From positions 224,001 to 288,000 of the forward strand of contig CAVVHS010000009.1 in the NCBI GenBank assembly GCA_963748215.1: a stretch of DNA of 64,000 bases. The letters run 5' to 3'. The notes beneath the pieces were generated by a model. That model saw nothing but the letters and a program-made list of their open reading frames with translations, was not told where the DNA came from and made no database searches. The translations under genes and the position numbers were made by a program. Below, one piece after another: positions 48,486 through 57,459 of this stretch; position 1 is the first letter of the stretch; each line of letters begins with the position of its first letter. This DNA comes from an uncultured Gammaproteobacteria bacterium (lineage in GTDB: Bacteria; Pseudomonadota; Gammaproteobacteria; UBA9214).

Positions 48486-50450
48486 TGGAGTGTCTCTTGT
48501 GCTCTGTCCTGGTTGGTCAGTGCCGTGTTTACCCTGCGGGCCGTGTTGATTTCGTTTTCCAGCATTTCATACAAGGCGGTATTGCCACCGTAGCTGTTGA
48601 CTGGTCCTGAGCCGCGCCAGTTGCCGTTCGGCATCCTCGTAGCGTTCCATGACAATCAGCAGATTGATCAGGTTGACCCAGTGCTGCGATTCGCCGGGAT
48701 ATTTCTCGACCACCTCGCGAAACAGCTCGAGTCCGGAATCGAAATCACCGAGCTTGTTGATGCGGAAAAAGCCGTAAATCGTCAACAACTGCGGTGTTTT
48801 GCTGTTGTCGAGTCCGAGGGTGAGCAGTTCGTCCATCACCTCAGGGGGAATGTCGCAGCCGTTCCCGTAGCAGTCGGTCAGCATTTTCAGGCCACTGAGA
48901 TCCGATGTGGAGAGCGGGTACTCTACCAGCTTGCGCCTGATCTCGGTAAAACTTGCGGGATCGACCGGTCTGCCGAGGTGGTAGCGGAGAATGATCAGGG
49001 TAGCGTCGGACATGATGCCGCTCGTGTCCAGCTGGCGGGCCCGCTCCAGGTAGTCGAATGCCGCCGCCTCGCTCTCTGTCACGCCGTTCAGCGCCAGGCG
49101 TGCATGTATCCGGCCGGCCGCAAACACGGCGCGCATCGATCCGGGGTGGTGCATGGCTTCGTAGATGGCATGTTGTACATTGTCCGCCCATTGCCCGGCC
49201 CTGATCCAGGTGGTGTAGGAAAACATCAGCAGGAACAGTGCCGCGCTGCCGATGCGGATGAGCCTGCCACGATGATGCATTTTGAGCTGGCTGACGAAGG
49301 CGCCGGCCGCCAGCAGGATGCCGAAATCAGCCAGGTAGTTGCGGTGCTCGTGGGCGAGTTCCAGCGGAATGATAGTTGATTCCAGCAGGTGCCCGGCAAA
49401 AAACCACAGGATGCCCAGGCTCACCAGTGCCTGCCGTGCAGGCAGCGCGACGGCCGTGACCAGCAGTCCGGCGATGGCCAGTACCGAGAGCAGTGTGGCG
49501 GGTGGATCCAGCAGTCCCCGCGACAGCGCGATGTCATCATGGTAGAGACCCAGCTCATTGATCGAGGGCATGACGATCATCTTCAGGTAGAACATCAGTA
49601 CCCGTGCCTCGGTCATCAGGCGTTCTAGAGGTGTAAAGGTTCTGCTGTTGTAGCTGACAAGCTTGCCAGGTTCGAACAGCAGCACCAGCAACGCCAGCAG
49701 CGCGGGCAGTGCAAGGAACAGCAGGAAGAAGCCGGCGATGCGCCGGTCGATCTGTCCGGCCTGGTCGCGGAAACGGAACAGGCCGATCTCCAGCACCAGC
49801 ATGAAGACCGGCAGCAGGACGCCGCTTTCCTTGCTGAGCACGGCCAGTCCGCCACACACGAGCAGCCCGGTAAGGATATACGGCAGTCCCGGTTTGCCCT
49901 CGCGCATGCGCAACCGGCCCAGCAGGTACAGGCACAGGCCGGCAACACTGAACAGTGCCGACAGCCCGGCCATGCGCTGCACGATATACAACACGGTGGT
50001 CAGGTTCAGCGGGTGTACCAGCCACAGGCCGGCGACCACGGCCGGCAGCCAGTGTGCGGCGGTGGCGGAAAAGTCGGGGTTGCGATAGCGCACATAGGCA
50101 CGCACGATCAGGCTGCCCAGCAGCCACAAACCCAGACCGGTCAGCAGGTGGATACCCAGGTTGACGACCTTGTATGACCTGGGGTCGATGCCGAAGAAAT
50201 AGCGGTTCAGGGCAAAGCTGGCCATGCTGACGGGGCGCCGCAGGGCGCCTGATGTCGAGGACCAGGCCGCGCCTGTCAGGCTGTCCATGTCCAGTGACGC
50301 CATGTCCAGCCGCCGGTTCTCCAGCAGGTTGGGGCGATCATCGAACATGTAGTCGCCCGCCAGTCCGGGCCAGTACACCGCGATGGTGAGCAGGCAGAGC
50401 AGGGCGACCATCCAGCCTGTGGAATTGCCTGTGAGCTGTGCGATTCTCAT
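48482..50450 (-). CDS. TMTC/TfpW-like polytopic membrane glycosyltransferase with C-terminal TPR-like helices; frameshift near 48602
   Basis: YWPGL.GDYMFDD loop, RPVSM.SF, NLGIHL, HPLN...V.YIVQR, SKE, EHRNYL. Removing one base extends the frame to a TGA overlapping the GT2 ATG. Confidence 0.8.
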
Positions 50451-50544
50451 GCGACGGTCATGATCAGTCGGATGCGCCGCGGTGGCGGGGATGAGCGTGT
50501 GCTCCGGCCATGCGCGCTAGTGTACTGTCTATCTGTGTGAGCTG

Positions 50545-50583
50545 AAAATAAAAAAACGCCCCGGAGACCGGGGCGTTTTATTT
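50545..50583 (-). terminator. Intrinsic terminator of pilA
   Basis: Minus strand AAAACGCCCCGG-TCT-CCGGGGCGTTTTTTT, about 20 bp after the pilin stop. Confidence 0.9.
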
Positions 50584-50598
50584 GCCAGTGCGATCGTA

Positions 50599-51054
50599 TT
50601 ACGGACGGCAGTTGGCAGGACGGTACTTGTTGTTCATGCTGCCGTTCGGTAGCCGGACCGTACCATTGCAGACCCATTCAATGGAGCCGGCGTTGGTCGT
50701 CGGCTGCCAGAACCATGGTCTGACCGTCAGCCGTCGGGTTGCCACCCAGGTTGTTGCGGTAGGTGATGGTGATCACGCCGGTGTTGGCAGTCCAGTGCAA
50801 TCGGGACACGTAGGTGCCCGAGATACTGACAGCCGCCGGCAGGCCGGCGCCGGGCTGATGGTCGGCATGGCGCCGGTGCTGTCGTAGGTTTCGGAGACCG
50901 CCAGCTTGGCGGCGCCGGCCAGGTTCAGACCCTCAGAGACCTTGGCGCGAATGGTGTAGTCCTGGTAAGCCGGGATAGCGATGGCAGCCAGGATGCCGAT
51001 GATCGCGATAACGATCATAAGTTCGATCAGTGTAAAGCCCTTTTGCAGTTTCAT
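50599..51054 (-). CDS. pilA: Type IVa major pilin, disrupted by at least two frameshifts in this sequence
   Basis: [33 protein letters not shown]. Middle frame AGLP...GTYVS...GVITITY. C-terminal GSIEWVC...KYRPANCRP with TAA at 50601-50599. Confidence 0.93.
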
Positions 51055-51169
51055 GGTATTTCCTCTCATGTACATGAACGATGGTAAAGCATTGTTTGGT
51101 TGCCCGGTCCGAGCCACCTGACAGCCTTTTATCGGACAAAGGTCCGGTTTCTTTGGCTGGTAATTACTA

Positions 51170-51185
51170 TCCATTTTCCGTGCCA
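51170..51185 (-). promoter_or_regulatory. Sigma54-type promoter of pilA
   Basis: TGGCACG-GAAA-ATGGA: consensus -24 element, with GG instead of GC at -12. Confidence 0.6.
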
Positions 51186-51364
51186 GTTTTCTGCCGCTTG
51201 CCGGTCTGCGGTGGCCAGATTACGTTCTCTAATTATTTAATAATCATATAAAACAGTATAGTTATAATTATTGTGTGGGCCGGCCGCGGGAAGACCTGGC
51301 CCGCCTGGCCTGCTGGCGACGTCATTCCGGCGTAAGAGAAAATGAGACCAGTCTCACAAGCCGG

Positions 51365-51397
51365 GTCAGATTGTGACGCAGGGCGTCACTTTGTGAC
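51365..51397. promoter_or_regulatory. Candidate PilR enhancer (two GTCA-N5-TGAC sites)
   Basis: GTCAGATTGTGAC (51365-51377) and GTCACTTTGTGAC (51385-51397), 20-bp period, ~180 bp upstream of the sigma54 site. Confidence 0.6.
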
Positions 51398-51411
51398 ACG
51401 GATTATGCGCG

Positions 51412-52767
51412 CTAGTCGAGCCCCAGTTTCTTGAGCCGGTAGCGCAGGGCGCGAAACGTGATGCCCAGCTTCCTGGCCGCTGCCGTCTTGTTGTAACGGG
51501 TCTGCTCCAGCGCCTTGATAAGAACGTCCTTTTCAATGTTGTCCATGTAAGTGTCCAGCGGCACTGTGCCCGGATCCAGTGCCCGGCCCCGGTCCTCGTC
51601 AACCGCGCCGGGAATGGTGCCGGTCATCGGCAGGTGCAGGTCTGCGCGGTGGATGACGTTGCCCTCGCACAGCGTGGTGGCGCGCTCGAGGATGTTTTCC
51701 AGCTCCCGGACATTGCCGGGAAACGGGTAGGCGGTCAATGCCTGCGCTGCCTCTTCGCTCAGCGCGAGATCGGGTTTCGCGTTCTGGTGCGCGAGCTTGC
51801 CCAGGAAATGGCGGGCCAGCATGGCGATGTCCTCGCCGCGTTCGCGCAGTGGCGGCACCTTGAGCTGGATGACATTGAGGCGGTAGTAAAGATCCTGCCG
51901 GAACTGTCCGCCGGCAACCAGCTCGGCCAGGTCCTGGTGCGTGGCCGAGAGAATACGGACGTCGGTGGCCACCTCGCGCTGCGCGCCGACCGGGCGCACG
52001 GCCTTTTCCTGTATGGCGCGCAGCAGCTTGACCTGCATGTGCAGCGGCAGCTCGGCCACCTCGTCGAGAAACAGCGTGCCGCCGGCGGCGACCTGGAACA
52101 GGCCGTCCTTGTCGGTGGTGGCGCCGGTAAAACTGCCCTTGCGATGGCCGAAGAACTCGCTTTCCATCAGCTCGGACGGGATGGCGCCGCAGTTCACCGG
52201 AACAAACGGCCGGTCGGCGCGCGGTCCCTTGCTGTGGATCAGCTTCGCCACCAGCTCCTTGCCGGTGCCGGATTCGCCGCAGATATAGATCGGTGCCTGG
52301 CTGCGCGACAGCTTCTCGATGGTGGAGCGGATGTTGCGCATGGCGTCTGATTCACCCAGCAGGGTGTCGCGGCTGCGGCGCTCGCGCTGGTGGTAGTCGC
52401 CGGACAGTTTCAGCACGCTGGTGATGAGGTTGCGCAGGACATTCAGGTTCACCGGTTTCGAGATGAAGTCGAAGGCCCCGGCCTTGAGTGCTTCCACCGC
52501 CGTATCCATGTTGCCGTAGGCCGTGATCACGGCAACCGGCATTTCCGGTGTGTGCTCCTGGATATATCGCACCAGGTCCAGGCCGTCGCCGTCCGGCAGG
52601 CGCATGTCGGTGAGGCAGATGTCGAACTGTGTGCTGTCCAGCAGCGCGCGGGCCTGTTCGAAACTGGCCGCACTGCGTGCGTCGATGTCCATCCTGCCGA
52701 GGGTCAGCTCGAGCAATTCACGGATATCGGGTTCATCGTCGACGACCAGTGCCAGTGGCTTGCTCAT
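51412..52767 (-). CDS. pilR: Sigma54-dependent response regulator PilR
   Basis: Receiver domain (VDDE, TDMRLP), GESGTGKE, GSFTGA, C-terminal HTH GITFRALRYRLKKLG. Confidence 0.96.
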   Translation of the reverse strand: MSKPLALVVDDEPDIRELLELTLGRMDIDARSAASFEQARALLDSTQFDICLTDMRLPDGDGLDLVRYIQEHTPEMPVAVITAYGNMDTAVEALKAGAFDFISKPVNLNVLRNLITSVLKLSGDYHQRERRSRDTLLGESDAMRNIRSTIEKLSRSQAPIYICGESGTGKELVAKLIHSKGPRADRPFVPVNCGAIPSELMESEFFGHRKGSFTGATTDKDGLFQVAAGGTLFLDEVAELPLHMQVKLLRAIQEKAVRPVGAQREVATDVRILSATHQDLAELVAGGQFRQDLYYRLNVIQLKVPPLRERGEDIAMLARHFLGKLAHQNAKPDLALSEEAAQALTAYPFPGNVRELENILERATTLCEGNVIHRADLHLPMTGTIPGAVDEDRGRALDPGTVPLDTYMDNIEKDVLIKALEQTRYNKTAAARKLGITFRALRYRLKKLGLD

Positions 52768-54446
52768 GATGCACTCTGTGCGCCAGGCAGGTTGGCGGAC
52801 GACTCCGTGCTGACCGGGAAGGTGATGCGGAAACAGCTGCCGCCTTCGGCGAGCGGCCGGTACTCGAGGCGCGCACCGTTGCTTTCGCAGATTTCACGCG
52901 CGATATACAGGCCGAGCCCGGTGCCGCTGCTGTGGGTGGTGAAAAATGGCTCGAAAATCTTGTCTGTCATGTCAGGCTCGATGCCGGGACCGTTGTCGAT
53001 GATATCAAGATGTGCCACGCCCGGGGTGGCCGTCAGGCTCCCTTTCAGCTGCAGCCGGATTGTCGGCGTTGCGCGGCCGTGATGGATTGCATTCTGGCAC
53101 AGGTTCCAGACGACCTGGTGCAGCAGGCTCGGATCCATGCAGATTTCGATATCGGCAGGTATTGCCGAGCAGCTGATCTGCTCCGCTCTGCAGTTGCCGC
53201 TGCGCGTGAATTCTTCGGCGAAATTTTTCAGCCAGTCCGCGAGTCGCAGGACGCGTGGTATCGAGGAGTTCGGGCGGGAGAGTTGCAGGATATTCTCGAC
53301 GATGACATTCACCCGCGATGTGTTGTCCCCGATGATGGTTGTCAGGCGGCGATCCTCCGCGGCCAGGACGTTCTGTTCGTTCAGCAATTGCGCGGCATGG
53401 CTGATCGCGCCGAGCGGATTCCTGATTTCGTGCGCAATGCTGGCGGTGAGGCGGCCCAGCGAGGCCAGCTTGATCTGCTGTGCCTGTTTTTCCATGGCGG
53501 CCATGTCCTCAAGGAAGATCAGTGCGCCCGGACCGCTTGACGAGTCCAGACGGGTGAACTGCGGCAGGATACTGCTTGCATGCGCCTCATCCCTGAGCAG
53601 GGTCGGCTGGCTTGCCGGTGCGCGCTGCCATTCCAGCAGTTTGCCGAACAGCGCGGGCGAGAGGCTCGCCAGCGGCCGGCCGGTTCGGGTGCCGGGTGTG
53701 TGGAGGAGTTTGCGCGCGGTATCGTTGATCAGGAGGATGTTGTGGCGATGGTCGGTGACGACGATGCCGGCCTGCAGGCGCTGCACGATGTGGGCATTGA
53801 GCCGGGCAAGGTTGGCGATATCCACGGCGCGGCGACGCGCCAGCGTTTCGCTTTCCCTGATCCGTCGCGCCAGCAGGTCGGTCACGCCCGCGCTTGCGAA
53901 CAGTGCAATACCCACCAGCCCGACCTGCGTATAGCCGCTGGTATTGGGTACAGCCTGCAGCAGGTGATTGTAGAAATGCTCGCCCATGACGGCGAGGGTG
54001 GCCACCGCCGCAAACATGAATGCCATGCGTCCGGGGAACAGGATGCTGCCGGTGGCGACCGTAATGATCAGCAGGATGCCGAGGCCGCTGGCCAGGCCGC
54101 CGCTGGCATGGATCAGGACCGTGATGACGCCGATGTCGACAAACAGCTGGCTGATCGCCTGCACCTCGTAGCCGGGCCAGCGCAGGCGCGCGGCGAATCC
54201 CGCCAGCAGGCCAAACAGCAGGTAGACGATGCAGGTCAGTCCGTACAGGCCCGGCGCCATCATGCCGAGCGTGGTTTCGCCACTGATGGTCAGGTACAGG
54301 ACCGTCAGCAGTCCGGCAAGTATCAGGCGGTAGAATGTCAGCAGGCGCAGGGGTTTCCACGCCGGCCGCTCGTCCGTGACGGTCACACCGAAATCCGATT
54401 CAGCGCCGGCAGGCAGGTCGGTGTCCGTAGCGCCAGCAGCGGTCAT
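52764..54446 (-). CDS. pilS: Sensor histidine kinase PilS
   Basis: Six TM segments, PAS-like region, LTASIAHEIRNPL, DNGPG, GTGLGL. Confidence 0.95.
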   Translation of the reverse strand: MTAAGATDTDLPAGAESDFGVTVTDERPAWKPLRLLTFYRLILAGLLTVLYLTISGETTLGMMAPGLYGLTCIVYLLFGLLAGFAARLRWPGYEVQAISQLFVDIGVITVLIHASGGLASGLGILLIITVATGSILFPGRMAFMFAAVATLAVMGEHFYNHLLQAVPNTSGYTQVGLVGIALFASAGVTDLLARRIRESETLARRRAVDIANLARLNAHIVQRLQAGIVVTDHRHNILLINDTARKLLHTPGTRTGRPLASLSPALFGKLLEWQRAPASQPTLLRDEAHASSILPQFTRLDSSSGPGALIFLEDMAAMEKQAQQIKLASLGRLTASIAHEIRNPLGAISHAAQLLNEQNVLAAEDRRLTTIIGDNTSRVNVIVENILQLSRPNSSIPRVLRLADWLKNFAEEFTRSGNCRAEQISCSAIPADIEICMDPSLLHQVVWNLCQNAIHHGRATPTIRLQLKGSLTATPGVAHLDIIDNGPGIEPDMTDKIFEPFFTTHSSGTGLGLYIAREICESNGARLEYRPLAEGGSCFRITFPVSTESSANLPGAQSAS

Positions 54447-54664
54447 GACCGGTCCTGCATTGCATCACGGTGCTGTCTGGAGCAGTAGAAGCGGCCATCC
54501 TGCACGATGGCCTCGTTTTCCGGCACGAAGATGCCGCAGTTCGCGCACTGCACCATCTTGCCTGGCGCGTTCTGCGTGCGCCCGCGGCTGCGCGGCTTGC
54601 GCAGCAGCTGCTTGCCGACCATGACGATCAGCGCCAGTGCGATAAAGATGAGCAGGGTACGCAT
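54443..54664 (-). CDS. PP0621-family small membrane protein with zinc-binding motif
   Basis: N-terminal TM segment, MVQCANCGIFVP..EA...FYCS..H; overlaps the pilS start. Confidence 0.85.
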   Translation of the reverse strand: MRTLLIFIALALIVMVGKQLLRKPRSRGRTQNAPGKMVQCANCGIFVPENEAIVQDGRFYCSRQHRDAMQDRS

Positions 54665-54804
54665 TGAACAGGTTCGGGTCGCAGGGTGTGTATCGCCATG
54701 CCGGGTGTGGCGTTACCGGTGATGATACTACCTTTAAACCGGCCACGTGAAATGTCGATCACGTATCACTTGATCAATAACCGCAAGGTTGCCACACTTC
54801 GCCC

Positions 54805-55974
54805 ATGCACCTGCACGAATACCAGGCCAAGCAACTGTTCGCCGAATACGGCATACCGGTTCCCGACGGCCGGCTGATCACCCGTAGCGATGATATCGAT
54901 GCAGTCGGCGCCGGTTCCGGTGCCTGTGTCGTCAAGGCCCAGGTCCATGCCGGTGGCCGCGGCAAGGGTGGCGGCGTGCGGCTGGTGAATAACCGTGACG
55001 AGCTTGCCGCTGCGGTTGCAGCGCTGCTCGGCAGCCGGCTGGTGACCCGGCAAACCGATGCGGCCGGCCTGCCGGTCGGCAGCGTGCTGGTCGAACAGAC
55101 TGTCGACATCGCGCGCGAAATCTATTTCAGCATTGTGGTGGATCGCAGCCGCGAGCGTCTCATGCTCATGGCCTCATCGGCCGGTGGCATGAATATCGAG
55201 GAGGTGGCCGCCACCGACCCGGCCGCGATTCTCACCGAGCTCGTCAATCCCGCGGTTGGCCTGCAGGGCTACCAGTCCCGCAACCTCGCCTTTGGTCTCG
55301 GTCTGCAGGGCAGCCAGATCGGCGCCTTTGCCCGGCTGCTCGATGCCGCCTGCCGGCTGGTGCAGGCCTGCGACGCCAGTCTGCTCGAGATCAATCCGCT
55401 GGTGGTGACCGGCGACGGGGAGCTGCTGGCGCTGGATGCCAAGCTCGATATCGATGACAACGCGCTGTTCCGTCATGCGGAGCTTGCCGCGCTGCGCGAT
55501 GCCAGCCAGCAGGATGCGCGCGAAAACATCGCGCAGCAGCACGGGCTGAACTACATTCGCCTGACCGGCAACATCGCCTGCATGGTGAATGGCGCGGGTC
55601 TCGCCATGGCGACCATGGACATTATCAAGCTGCACGGCGGCGCACCGGCCAATTTTCTCGACGTCGGCGGCGGCGCCACCGCCGACAAGGTTGCCGAGGC
55701 CTTCAAGATCATACTGTCCGATCCACAGGTCGAGGCCATCCTGGTCAATATCTTCGGCGGTATCGTGCGCTGCGACCTGATTGCCCAGGGCATCCTGCAG
55801 GCGATCGGCGAGGTCGAGATAAAGGTACCGGTGGTGGTACGCCTGGAGGGCACCAACGCGCAAGCGGGTCTCGCGCTGATTGAACAGTCCAGCCTGGCGG
55901 TGGTGACCGCCAGCGACCTGGCCGGGGCGGCGGACAAGGTGGTCGCCGCGGCACAGGGCGGCAGCGCGGTATGA
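54805..55974 (+). CDS. sucC: Succinyl-CoA ligase beta subunit
   Basis: [45 protein letters not shown]. Confidence 0.98.
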   Translation: MHLHEYQAKQLFAEYGIPVPDGRLITRSDDIDAVGAGSGACVVKAQVHAGGRGKGGGVRLVNNRDELAAAVAALLGSRLVTRQTDAAGLPVGSVLVEQTVDIAREIYFSIVVDRSRERLMLMASSAGGMNIEEVAATDPAAILTELVNPAVGLQGYQSRNLAFGLGLQGSQIGAFARLLDAACRLVQACDASLLEINPLVVTGDGELLALDAKLDIDDNALFRHAELAALRDASQQDARENIAQQHGLNYIRLTGNIACMVNGAGLAMATMDIIKLHGGAPANFLDVGGGATADKVAEAFKIILSDPQVEAILVNIFGGIVRCDLIAQGILQAIGEVEIKVPVVVRLEGTNAQAGLALIEQSSLAVVTASDLAGAADKVVAAAQGGSAV

Positions 55975-56843
55975 GCGTACTCATCGACAGCGGCACCCGG
56001 GTGATCTGCCAGGGCTTCACCGGCGCACAGGGCACCTTTCATTCCCAGCAGGCGCTTGATTACGGCACGCAACTGGTCGGCGGCGTAACGCCGGGCAAGG
56101 GCGGCCAGACCCATCTCGGTCTGCCGGTGTTCAACACGGTAAAGGACGCGGTCGGCGCCACGGGCGCGGATGCCACGATGATCTACGTGCCGGCCGCATT
56201 CGCCGCCGATGCCATCCTGGAAGCGGCCGCTGCGGGCATTGGCCTGATCGTGTGCATCACCGAAGGCATTCCCGTGCTCGACATGTTGCGCGTCAAGGCC
56301 GTGCTGCGCGAAACAGACGCACGGCTGATCGGCCCCAACTGCCCGGGCATTATCACCCCGGGTGGCTGCAAGATCGGCATCATGCCCGGTGTCATTCACA
56401 CCCCCGGCAGCATCGGCATCGTCTCCCGCTCCGGCACGCTGACCTACGAGGCAGTGTTCCAGACCAGCCGCGAGGGTTTCGGCCAGAGCACCTGCATCGG
56501 CATCGGCGGCGACCCGATCCGCGGCATGGGCTTCATCGATTGCCTGCAGCTGTTCGAGGCCGATCCGGGCACGCATGGTATTGTCATGATCGGCGAGATC
56601 GGCGGCACCGACGAGGAGCACGCCGCGGCGTACATCCGCACGCAGGTCCACAAGCCGGTAGTCGCCTACATCGCCGGCGTGACGGCGCCGCCCGGCAAGC
56701 GCATGGGTCATGCCGGCGCCATCATCAGCGGCGGCCAGGGCACGGCGGCGGCCAAGATCGCCGCCCTGGAGGCCGCCGGTGTCACCGTGGTGCGTTCGCC
56801 CGCGGATATCGGTGTCGCCATGCAGCGGGCGATGGCAGGTTGA
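55971..56843 (+). CDS. sucD: Succinyl-CoA ligase alpha subunit
   Basis: [26 protein letters not shown] phospho-His motif. Confidence 0.98.
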   Translation: MSVLIDSGTRVICQGFTGAQGTFHSQQALDYGTQLVGGVTPGKGGQTHLGLPVFNTVKDAVGATGADATMIYVPAAFAADAILEAAAAGIGLIVCITEGIPVLDMLRVKAVLRETDARLIGPNCPGIITPGGCKIGIMPGVIHTPGSIGIVSRSGTLTYEAVFQTSREGFGQSTCIGIGGDPIRGMGFIDCLQLFEADPGTHGIVMIGEIGGTDEEHAAAYIRTQVHKPVVAYIAGVTAPPGKRMGHAGAIISGGQGTAAAKIAALEAAGVTVVRSPADIGVAMQRAMAG

Positions 56844-56888
56844 ATTTTCTTCAGGCAGCCGCATCGGTTTCTAAGTGTTTTTTTGGTT

Positions 56889-57400
56889 GCTGGTTTCGCC
56901 CCGTCGGGGCGAGGTACTTTTCTTTGCTCCGCCCAAGAAAAGTACCCAAAAGAAAGGCGGACCCGAAGGCTTGCCCGACCAGTCATCTGCGATGTCTGGT
57001 CGGGTTCCCTGCGCTTCTCGCCGGTTTGGGCGCTCGCCGAACTCGCAGGATTTGCCGCGCCTTCCGGCTAGCAAATCCAGCTCGACAGGGCGGCTCGCTC
57101 AATCCCAAACCGGCTGCGATGCTCGGCTGCGCCTGACGGGGCTTTATGCGGCCACCCCCGGTCCCGTTGCCCGCGCCGAGTACCGCAGGCAAGCCGGGAA
57201 AAAGGCGCGCACCCTGTCCGAGGCAAGCCGGAGCGGGATTGCAAATCCCGCTCCGGCTCCGAGTTGTGCGCGCCCCGGCTTGACGAGGAACGCAGGGCAT
57301 CCGGCGTCAGCCGGCGCGGGCACCGGGTGCCCTTCTCTTTGGGTACTTTCTCTTGGGCGGACGCAAAGAAAAGTATCTCGCCCGACAGGGCGAAATCTGC
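56889..57400. repeat. Inverted doublet of a ~250-nt structured unit (MITE/REPIN-like or structured ncRNA)
   Basis: ~75-bp imperfect terminal inverted repeats (56889-56965 vs 57324-57400). Internal conserved linkers and covarying stems in both halves. Confidence 0.85.
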
Positions 57401-57459
57401 GATGTAAACTTCACAGCCTCAATTGCAAAGAATCTTGCAGGAAATAAGACTCCCGAACC

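Noticed and set aside
56889-57400. CRISPR array, tRNA or autonomous IS interpretation of the repeat element
   Set aside because: There are no direct repeat-spacer units, no cloverleaf or T-loop motif and no transposase ORF.
56252-57447. ORFs of 62-294 aa across the sucD-nadE gap
   Set aside because: They are translations of the palindromic element or alternative sucD frames, with no protein motifs.
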